Below are positions 7,730-13,786 of a stretch of 40,333 nucleotides of DNA, in pieces (the first letter of the stretch is position 1; each line of letters opens with the position of its first letter). The stretch spans positions 1 through 40,333 of IMG/VR virus record IMGVR_UViG_3300050126_000021; one strand, written 5' to 3'. Below the pieces are notes generated by a model. The model was not told the origin of the DNA, ran no database searches, and worked only from the letters and a program-made list of their open reading frames with translations. A program made the position numbers and the translations under genes. The DNA is from a virus.

Positions 7730-7743
7730 GGGGGAAGTGTCTA
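7715..7743 (-). promoter_or_regulatory. Candidate sigma70-like promoter for the late arm
   Basis: On the minus strand, TAGACA (7743-7738), a 17-nt spacer, then TATATT (7720-7715). The ATG at 7708 would sit at about the predicted transcript start. Confidence 0.3.
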
Positions 7744-7776
7744 GTGTGGTGGTGGCCGGTGCGAGGCCAGGGCGAA

Positions 7777-7790
7777 GTGATTACATTATC
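7777..7790 (+). promoter_or_regulatory. Copy A of the conserved intergenic motif GTGATTACATTATC
   Basis: The core TGATTACATTAT also occurs at 12643-12654 (+) and 38909-38920 (-). All three copies are intergenic. Confidence 0.6.
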
Positions 7791-7826
7791 GCTACAACCA
7801 GGTGTAGGTGCCAGTTGAAGTTAGAA

Positions 7827-7847
7827 ATATATATATACCCCTAGGGG
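7827..7847. repeat. (AT)5A run directly abutting the 10-bp palindrome CCCCTAGGGG
   Basis: Read directly from the sequence. It is the only long AT run I noticed, in an otherwise GC-rich window. Confidence 0.8.
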
Positions 7848-7914
7848 GTCTCCACCCCCGGCATAGCAGCTAACCAGCTCACCCGAAGGCAAGCTGGCTG
7901 CTGTCGCTGGTGAG

Positions 7915-8127
7915 TTAGCTAGATGGGGCTAGCCGCTGACTGGGCGGCGTCGAGTTGGCTAGGACCCACAGCTGTTCCAACACCACCTCCTCAATAACGT
8001 GGACAGCTGCCATAAGCTCGGCACTGTCCACCTCGATACCGGTGAGGAGGAGTAGAACATCGTTAAGCTGTAAAAGTACCGGATTGATAGCTTGCCTGAT
8101 ACTCTCACGATCCTTGGCACTGAACAT
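7915..8127 (-). CDS. Small hypothetical protein
   Basis: ATG 8127 lies 6 nt after AGGAG. The 70-aa helical-looking product overlaps ORF 7959..8303 in another frame. Confidence 0.4.
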   Translation of the reverse strand: MFSAKDRESIRQAINPVLLQLNDVLLLLTGIEVDSAELMAAVHVIEEVVLEQLWVLANSTPPSQRLAPSS

Positions 8128-8303
8128 GGATTGCTCCTAGTCCAGCAAGGCACCCTGCGCTCGCGCCATGCGAGACGCATTGCCTCGCCGATGTAGGTCC
8201 GTGCTGATCCGCCGAAACGCAGTGCGCCACACCGAGCGAGGTGCCAGGAGCGGAGCATGAGTTGCGAGAGACCAGAACGAGCCATCACCTGTCTGTAGCT
8301 CAT
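7959..8303 (-). CDS. Possible small HTH protein (only the first ~55 codons look protein-like)
   Basis: MSYRQVMARSGLSQLMLRSW resembles an HTH. The C-terminal half overlaps 7915..8127 and looks like out-of-frame sequence. No clear SD. Confidence 0.25.
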   Translation of the reverse strand: MSYRQVMARSGLSQLMLRSWHLARCGALRFGGSARTYIGEAMRLAWRERRVPCWTRSNPCSVPRIVRVSGKLSIRYFYSLTMFYSSSPVSRWTVPSLWQLSTLLRRWCWNSCGS

Positions 8304-8355
8304 GTCGCTGCGCCGGTCAACAGCAAATCGACGCAGGTTTCACCGGAGCTACGAG

Positions 8356-8379
8356 ATCACCGCATCACCGCATCACCAC
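8356..8379. repeat. Tandem 8-mer ATCACCGC x3 (third copy ATCACCAC)
   Basis: Read directly from the divergent intergenic hub. Confidence 0.8.
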
Positions 8380-8436
8380 GGGTGCTAGGGGGTGTTCTAT
8401 ATTTGGGTACGCCGTCAAGAGGGTTGTACCTCTCTC

Positions 8437-8480
8437 TCCTGTAGATAGCCCCAGACCACAAACCAGTCCTGTAGATAGCC
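8437..8480. repeat. Two copies of TCCTGTAGATAGCC with a 30-bp period
   Basis: Exact 14-mers at 8437-8450 and 8467-8480. Candidate iteron or operator. Confidence 0.8.
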
Positions 8481-8492
8481 AACTGCTCCAGA

Positions 8493-8503
8493 GCCACTAG
8501 TGA
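8493..8503. promoter_or_regulatory. GCCACTAGTGA site 1 (contains the palindrome CACTAGTG)
   Basis: An exact 11-mer is repeated at 8571-8581. Confidence 0.5.
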
Positions 8504-8570
8504 CGAGGTGATGTGGTGGTTGGGGCGAGGGTGGCGGGATCGGGCATGGGGCAGGAGTTGAGCATTGTGC

Positions 8571-8589
8571 GCCACTAGTGATTTAGTGG
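8571..8589. promoter_or_regulatory. GCCACTAGTGA site 2, extended by the inverted half-site TAGTGG
   Basis: CCACTAGTGATTTAGTGG sits immediately upstream of the candidate -35 of the rightward promoter. Confidence 0.5.
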
Positions 8590-8619
8590 TTGCACGCGGG
8601 CGCGGGCGCGGAGTATAAG
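8590..8619 (+). promoter_or_regulatory. Candidate rightward (early) promoter
   Basis: TTGCAC (8590-8595), an 18-nt spacer, then TATAAG (8614-8619), about 28 nt before the first plus-strand ATG. The -35 is weak. Confidence 0.3.
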
Positions 8620-8632
8620 TAGTGTGTGTTTA

Positions 8633-8657
8633 GCCAGGAGGAAGGAATGGACTACAC
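8633..8657 (+). repeat. 25-nt translation-initiation cassette GCCAGGAGGAAGGAATGGACTACAC, copy 1
   Basis: Exact second copy at 9467-9491. The leader GTGTGTGTTTAG (8622-8633) is also repeated at 9318-9329. Confidence 0.9.
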
Positions 8658-8916
8658 AAGCCGAGGCGCGCGACTCTTGCAACGAGTAACCGCCGAGTGT
8701 CGAGCACGTGGCTGTATCACCGTTGAAGAGGTGACGATGCGGGTGCTGAAAATCTCCCTTACTTCTGGCTTGCCTGCCGAGCCTCTCCCGCTGACTAATC
8801 AATTGCTTGACGCCATTGCCGCGTACAACGGTGGGATGAGCGTCTCTGAAGTTCACGCAGCGCTCATTGGCGGGAAGACGATCTACACAAGTTTCAACCG
8901 CTATGTGTTGGAGTGA
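8647..8916 (+). CDS. Hypothetical early protein
   Basis: ATG 8647 follows AGGAGGAAGGA. 89 aa. No family recognised. Confidence 0.6.
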   Translation: MDYTSRGARLLQRVTAECRARGCITVEEVTMRVLKISLTSGLPAEPLPLTNQLLDAIAAYNGGMSVSEVHAALIGGKTIYTSFNRYVLE

Positions 8917-9005
8917 GTGGAAGAACCAATGAGCGCACCTATCACAGCCACCTACCTCGATCCCTATGCTGGCACGCCAGCACGCGCGCTAAAAGGAGCA
9001 TGAAA

Positions 9006-9311
9006 ATGACCATCATCCTCGGCCAATTTGACGGGCAATACCGCCAAGACGAAATCGACGCGATGAACGCCAAGGTCGCCGAAGTTCTCGAAGCGCATAA
9101 CTTTGCAAAGGTCGATCTTTCCGACCGCGAGCGCGCCGAAATCGTCCGAGCGGTCGAAGGCGAAGTTTCCGGCAATTACGATCCGAACATTGGCTGGTCG
9201 GGTGTCGTCGAATTGATGCCCGCAAAGTGGGGCCGCTTCCTCGCCAGCCGTCGCGCACATCATCGACTGACGTTTTACGATCCGCGCCGCTGGCCAACGG
9301 CGCGGCGGTAA
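9006..9311 (+). CDS. Hypothetical early protein
   Basis: ATG 9006 lies 7 nt after AAGGAG (alternative ATG 9000). About 101 aa. Confidence 0.55.
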   Translation: MTIILGQFDGQYRQDEIDAMNAKVAEVLEAHNFAKVDLSDRERAEIVRAVEGEVSGNYDPNIGWSGVVELMPAKWGRFLASRRAHHRLTFYDPRRWPTARR

Positions 9312-9339
9312 AGCTATGTGTGTGTTTAGGAGGGAGATC

Positions 9340-9732
9340 ATGACGAAGCAAAATTGGCTCAATAAGCAGCTTGATCACGCTCATACGGTGGTGCAGTCGT
9401 GGAGTTCCTGGAAACGGGAGACGATCAAGTCGCAGATCGCCGACGTCAGCGGCGCGGCGGTAAACCGCCAGGAGGAAGGAATGGACTACACGATCCACGT
9501 CAACAGCGAAAGCCCGCTTGAGCGCAAGCGAACCTATATCGAAATCCTTCCTTGCATTGGTGTCGTCGAGTGCGTCATCGAACAAAGCATCTACAAAGTG
9601 TTTCAGCAACGCTATGAGCCGACTAAACTCATAATCTTCTCTCTCTCACCGGATGATGCTGAAACACTCGCCAGGCAACTTCTTGACCACGCACGCCAAG
9701 CGCGGTTAATAACTCCAAACAAACAGAGGTGA
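9340..9732 (+). CDS. Hypothetical early protein with an internal SD+ATG cassette
   Basis: ATG 9340 follows AGGAGGGAG. An in-frame copy of the 25-nt cassette places a second potential start at 9481. Confidence 0.6.
   Translation: MTKQNWLNKQLDHAHTVVQSWSSWKRETIKSQIADVSGAAVNRQEEGMDYTIHVNSESPLERKRTYIEILPCIGVVECVIEQSIYKVFQQRYEPTKLIIFSLSPDDAETLARQLLDHARQARLITPNKQR
9467..9491 (+). repeat. 25-nt translation-initiation cassette, copy 2 (inside the CDS)
   Basis: Identical to 8633-8657. Confidence 0.9.
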
Positions 9733-9736
9733 TGAG

Positions 9737-9922
9737 ATGCACTGCGACGAATGCGAGATACTGGCAATCAATGGCGTAGCCTGCCACGAGCATGGCTGTC
9801 CTCACAGCAAAGATCGCTGGGACGGTGAGCAATGGATCGCACAGCGGCGATGCTTCGCTTGCGGCTGCACGGTAGACCGAGATGATCCTTGTTGTAGCCA
9901 GGAGGTAGAAGATGACATCTAG
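9737..9922 (+). CDS. Small Cys-rich (zinc-binding-like) protein
   Basis: 61 aa with CxxC, Cx4C, CxxCxC and CC motifs and an acidic tail. Confidence 0.55.
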   Translation: MHCDECEILAINGVACHEHGCPHSKDRWDGEQWIAQRRCFACGCTVDRDDPCCSQEVEDDI

Positions 9923-10229
9923 ACCGCTTTTTGAAAAGCGCCATTTTGAATGGCTAGCTGATTGGTGTGGGATGCAGGAACGTGATGCAAGGCGCGATTA
10001 CAGCAACGCACCTATTATGTTATCCATCTCCAGCGCTAAACAGGCGGACAAGCTGGTACAGGATATGGTGAAGTATCTTTACAGCACTAACCCCAACTTC
10101 TCCCGTACGCAATTCTTGAACCGTGCTGCACAGGTTGCCAGCGGCGAGCGAGTCTGTGCACGCCCAGGAGAGAGCTACTTTCGTCGCGAGCGCAAAGTCG
10201 AGGTAGGAGAATGCCAGTCGATTTGCTAA
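9912..10229 (+). CDS. Hypothetical protein
   Basis: 105-aa ORF whose start overlaps the upstream gene end. Confidence 0.55.
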   Translation: MTSRPLFEKRHFEWLADWCGMQERDARRDYSNAPIMLSISSAKQADKLVQDMVKYLYSTNPNFSRTQFLNRAAQVASGERVCARPGESYFRRERKVEVGECQSIC

Positions 10230-10238
10230 TCAGCATCG

Positions 10239-10277
10239 CCGCTGTAGGTTGGTGCCTGTTTAGCAGCGGGTGCTTTT
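10239..10277 (+). terminator. Weak candidate intrinsic terminator
   Basis: CCGCTG (10239-10244) pairs with CAGCGG (10264-10269), followed by TTTT at 10274-10277. The loop is long. Confidence 0.25.
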
Positions 10278-10346
10278 GTAGCTTGTACCTACAACCCTTG
10301 CAACGAAACTGGTCTGCGAGATTGCGGACGCTAAGGAGAGATTGAA

Positions 10347-10649
10347 ATGTCCAAAATCAACATCAGCGATCAAAAGGAGCGTGCGGTTCTGGTGACTACC
10401 GTCCATCGCGGGGTATTCTTCGGTTATGCCACCGAAACGGATGGCGATACCATCAAGCTTCGGCGCGCTCGCAATTGTGTCTATTGGCCGGCCGAGAATC
10501 ATGGCTTCCTTGGCCTCGCTGCTGAAGGCCCCAAAAAAGGTGCGCGAGTCGGCCCGGCTGCGGATATTGAGCTTCGCAATATCACTTGCGTAGCCGAATG
10601 CTCAGCCGCTGCGATCGACGCATGGGAAGCTGGGCTATGGTCGCGATAA
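10347..10649 (+). CDS. Hypothetical protein
   Basis: ATG 10347 follows AAGGAGAG. 100 aa. No family recognised. Confidence 0.6.
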   Translation: MSKINISDQKERAVLVTTVHRGVFFGYATETDGDTIKLRRARNCVYWPAENHGFLGLAAEGPKKGARVGPAADIELRNITCVAECSAAAIDAWEAGLWSR

Positions 10650-10888
10650 TTCGAGGCGACGGCTATGGCTCCAGCTTCGGCGACGGCGACGGCTCCGGCT
10701 ATGGCGATGACTATGGCTCCGGCTACGGCGATGGCTCCGGCTACGGCGATGGCAACGGCGATGGCTACGGCAACGGCTCCGGCTGTGGCTCCGGCTACGG
10801 CGACGGCGACGGCTACGGCTACGGCTCCGGCTACGGCTCCGGCTACGGCGACGGCTCCGGCAACGGCTCCTCTCAAGATATCGTTTGA
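10637..10888 (+). CDS. (Gly-X)n repeat protein, with X mostly Tyr/Asp/Ser/Asn
   Basis: ATG 10637 overlaps the upstream gene end. After MVAIIR, almost every second codon is GGC. The protein is acidic with no basic residue after the N-terminus. Confidence 0.5.
   Translation: MVAIIRGDGYGSSFGDGDGSGYGDDYGSGYGDGSGYGDGNGDGYGNGSGCGSGYGDGDGYGYGSGYGSGYGDGSGNGSSQDIV
10655..10870. repeat. About 216 bp of degenerate 6-nt (GGC-NNN) tandem repeat
   Basis: Read directly. Three track ORFs on both strands run through it, as expected of a low-complexity repeat. Confidence 0.9.
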
Positions 10889-10900
10889 AAAGGGAAAATC

Positions 10901-11128
10901 ATGTCCAAAACCACCCGAATCGCTGCCGCAGCGGTTGGCGAGCTCTTGAACCGTGGCGAGGTCGCGCTCGTCCAATGGTTACTGGGCCAGGACAACTCTA
11001 GGATCACTAGAGCCTTCCTCCTAGCCGAATGGGAGAATATGTGGCAGGGCAGGTCAGTCTATCTCGCCATGCTGCATCAGTGCCACGAAGATGTAGAGAG
11101 GTCGATACGATGCTCCCTGATGAGATAA
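10901..11128 (+). CDS. Hypothetical protein
   Basis: 75-aa ORF. ATG follows AAGGGAAAA. Confidence 0.5.
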   Translation: MSKTTRIAAAAVGELLNRGEVALVQWLLGQDNSRITRAFLLAEWENMWQGRSVYLAMLHQCHEDVERSIRCSLMR

Positions 11129-11195
11129 GCCTAATCTGGCTCGCCTACTTTCTAATCGCCTGCTGGGCAATCTATGGCATATGGAGAAACACACG

Positions 11196-11498
11196 ATGAC
11201 AGACGATGCGACGCCGCGAGAGACAACTAGTACCAACTGGCGCAAGCCAACAGCGGGTGAACTGCTGTCTTTGCAAATAATAGCCGGGAGCCTAACAGTC
11301 ATGGCAGCCGAAATCGCCGGCATGACTGACGCTGACATCATCGTGATCGGCCTTGAAATGGCCGCTATGGCAATCAACGCCGGGCAATTTGATCCTGCCC
11401 AAGCAGACTTGCTTGCGGGCCAGTTCCTCACAGAACGGATTGTCAGCTACAGCAAGGCAGCCGCCGAGCAGGCTGCGAAGAAACAGGAGAAGGAATGA
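11196..11498 (+). CDS. Hypothetical protein
   Basis: ATG 11196 lies 8 nt after GGAGA (track start 11181 lacks an SD). About 100 aa. Confidence 0.55.
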   Translation: MTDDATPRETTSTNWRKPTAGELLSLQIIAGSLTVMAAEIAGMTDADIIVIGLEMAAMAINAGQFDPAQADLLAGQFLTERIVSYSKAAAEQAAKKQEKE

Positions 11499-11851
11499 TG
11501 TCTAGCACCACCACCCGCGCGCCGCGCTCCGATGCCCGACGCGACTATCGCCAGTTCCCGGCCGCCTACACGCTGCTCCTCGAACAGTTCGAGGCCACCG
11601 GCAAGCCGATCCGGCTGGAGATGAACACTCTAAAGGATGCCAAGGCAGCTCGCCGGGACTTCTACAGGTTCAAAGGCTTTCTAATGCGCGCGGTTGATGA
11701 TGATCACGATGAGTATGCAAAGGAACTGGTCGCCATCTTCAACAAGTGCAGCGTCCGACTTGAGGGCACCGCACCGGGCCAAGTTCCCGCGATGATCCTT
11801 GACCGCAATCCGCTCGTTCGAGCGGTAGAGGCCCTTGCAGCTACAAACTAA
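11495..11851 (+). CDS. Hypothetical protein
   Basis: 118 aa with an ATGA start/stop overlap with the upstream gene. Confidence 0.6.
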   Translation: MMSSTTTRAPRSDARRDYRQFPAAYTLLLEQFEATGKPIRLEMNTLKDAKAARRDFYRFKGFLMRAVDDDHDEYAKELVAIFNKCSVRLEGTAPGQVPAMILDRNPLVRAVEALAATN

Positions 11852-11938
11852 TTCAGCTACACTCCCTCCCCGGCCAGCGATCCATGCGGCACTCGCTGGT
11901 CCGTCTACCCACCACCTCGCCGCTTGAAGGAATCAGCC

Positions 11939-12499
11939 ATGCCTAAGATCAAAGCCGCGTCCGTCAGTGTCAAAGACGGCAACCCCGTGTTCTCCATCTT
12001 CGGCCCGCCTGTGGACAACAAACAGGCCGTAGTCGGCGAACACGTTGCCGACATGACTGCCATCGCCGAGAAGCAGCCTGCCTTGTATAAGCACTGCGCC
12101 GCCGTCGGCTTCGCCGCCCTAGCACAACAGCGCTACACGGCCAAACAAGGCGACAAGCGGCCCGACGTGGTTGTGGAGGTGAACAGGCTACACGAGCTGA
12201 TGCGCGCCGGGACCTGGACACCCGGCAGGATGGCCGGTGAGAAGCAACCCTCGCCGCTGGTCGAGGCGATGGCCGAGCTGTCTGGAGTACCGATACACGT
12301 TATCGAGGAGCGGATGAAAGACAAGAGCATCTTTAGCAAGTCCAAGGTCGCCGAGCTGCGTTACGATCCGACGATTGCTGCCAAGGTGGCCGAGATCAAC
12401 AAGAAGCGCGCTGAGGCGCAGGCGGCAGCGGCTAAGGCTGCCGGGAAGGGCCAGGCGAAGCGGGTCGATCTTGGATCGCTGTTCGGGCAAGCGGCTTAG
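11939..12499 (+). CDS. Hypothetical protein
   Basis: ATG 11939 lies 7 nt after GAAGGA. 186 aa with a Lys/Ala-rich C-terminus. Confidence 0.6.
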   Translation: MPKIKAASVSVKDGNPVFSIFGPPVDNKQAVVGEHVADMTAIAEKQPALYKHCAAVGFAALAQQRYTAKQGDKRPDVVVEVNRLHELMRAGTWTPGRMAGEKQPSPLVEAMAELSGVPIHVIEERMKDKSIFSKSKVAELRYDPTIAAKVAEINKKRAEAQAAAAKAAGKGQAKRVDLGSLFGQAA

Positions 12500-12642
12500 C
12501 GCCGGGGCTAGCGCGACGTGAGCGCGGGGCGGCATTGGTCCCACTGGGCCGGTGCTGCCCTTCGTGCGTCAGCGGCCACCGCAGGCGGTCTAGCGGCCAT
12601 CGAGGGTGTGACACTTTGACACAGGGACGCCTCGCCCAAATC

Positions 12643-12655
12643 TGATTACATTATC
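12643..12655 (+). promoter_or_regulatory. Copy B of the conserved motif TGATTACATTATC
   Basis: Lies in the 185-nt gap, 30 nt upstream of ATG 12685. Preceded by the direct repeat TGACAC-tt-TGACAC. Confidence 0.6.
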
Positions 12656-12684
12656 CCTCTCGACCTCCCCTCGGAGCCTCGCGC

Positions 12685-13017
12685 ATGGCTGACGGTCTGG
12701 ACATCCTGCTAAGCCAAGTCAGCAACCGATCTGCCGACATCCAGCGCGCCGAACGCGCCAACCAAACGGCAGCTATCCTAGCAGGCCAAAAGCAAGCCAA
12801 GCCAGAAGCTATCGTGCTGGTAATCACTGTAGCCACCTGTCAGTGCGGCAGAGTACATCGCCTCCCCAACCCGGCAATCCTAGTCCGCTACGGTGACAAG
12901 TCACAACACCAGAACAGCATTCATCATCGCCGCCAGTCGCTAGAGCACTTCATGCTCCTGCCGCACGAGAAAAAGGAGCTGTTGATCGACATTGCATTCT
13001 GCGAGGATTGTTTCTGA
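12685..13017 (+). CDS. Hypothetical protein with a CxC...CxxC zinc-ribbon-like pattern
   Basis: 110 aa containing TCQCG ... FCEDCF. Confidence 0.6.
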   Translation: MADGLDILLSQVSNRSADIQRAERANQTAAILAGQKQAKPEAIVLVITVATCQCGRVHRLPNPAILVRYGDKSQHQNSIHHRRQSLEHFMLLPHEKKELLIDIAFCEDCF

Positions 13018-13322
13018 TGTCAGCAATGGCATTTACCAGAGGCCAGTTCTCGATCTATCTCTCCAAGCTGCGCGGTCATGCAGCATCAGCAAGAGGAACC
13101 AGCAACATGACAGTAGCTCTACAACAACTCACCGACGCAATCACGGCCAACACGAATGCTGTGAATGGGCTTGTCGCCGCGTTGAGCAAGGTCGCTTCCA
13201 CCGGGACACCGGACAGCGCACTTACTCCGCTGATATCCCAGGTCGAGGAGTCAACGGCGGCCCTGAGTGCCGCCACGGCAGCGCTTGATCCAGAGACCCA
13301 GGCGATGTCCGCCAGCGCCTAA
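13017..13322 (+). CDS. Hypothetical Ala/Thr-rich helical protein
   Basis: ATG 13017 overlaps the upstream stop as TGATG. Alternative ATG at 13107. Confidence 0.5.
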   Translation: MSAMAFTRGQFSIYLSKLRGHAASARGTSNMTVALQQLTDAITANTNAVNGLVAALSKVASTGTPDSALTPLISQVEESTAALSAATAALDPETQAMSASA

Positions 13323-13522
13323 TGGCCCAACGTGCTCGTCCTGACGGCCGCAAGTCGGCAGACACTGAGGTGATCACGCTTCGCCTTGGCGCGTCGCGTG
13401 TGCATGAGGTGAAGCTGCTACTTGTTGATCCTGCTACCGGCAGGATGCCTTATGGTGCTTGGGGTCGAGCACTGGACGAAGCGTTGGAGCTGTGGCTGGA
13501 GAGAAGGAAGATTGCGGCATGA
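13322..13522 (+). CDS. Small protein, possibly ribbon-helix-helix-like
   Basis: TAATG overlap with the upstream gene. A beta-strand-like VITLRLG is followed by helices. The fold call is a guess. Confidence 0.45.
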   Translation: MAQRARPDGRKSADTEVITLRLGASRVHEVKLLLVDPATGRMPYGAWGRALDEALELWLERRKIAA

Positions 13523-13758
13523 CCGTAACTGACAGTGACATAGACACTCAAATCGCTCTACAAGACTTTCGCCAGCGGGTGTTGAACAGGCAACCTATCC
13601 AGGCGCACGAGTATCGAGCGATAATGAACCAGCTACAGCGGAATGTCGCTAGTCGGGCTGCGGCGATGTCATCGGCTAGCAGGAAAGCTAAAAAGGCTAC
13701 CAGCGCCGAGTCAGCGAAGCCGGTCAACTTACTAGAATTGTTCGGGCCGAAGTCGTGA
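13519..13758 (+). CDS. Hypothetical protein
   Basis: ATGA overlap at 13519. 79 aa. Confidence 0.55.
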   Translation: MTVTDSDIDTQIALQDFRQRVLNRQPIQAHEYRAIMNQLQRNVASRAAAMSSASRKAKKATSAESAKPVNLLELFGPKS

Positions 13759-13786
13759 GACGTGCACAGATTGACATCACGCTAAC

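Noticed and set aside
8356-8480. Short direct repeats in the hub read as a CRISPR array
   Set aside because: The units are only 8-14 bp and number two or three. The spacing does not fit a repeat-spacer layout, and there are no cas genes.
8970-8990. TGGCAC string read as a sigma54 -24 element
   Set aside because: The required GC/TTGC element at the -12 position is absent.
10499-10975. 158-aa minus-strand ORF (AVAVAG repeats) and the plus-strand ORF 10665..10949 (ATAPA repeats)
   Set aside because: Both are alternative readings of the GGC-NNN repeat and have no start context. The surrounding genes are all on the plus strand.
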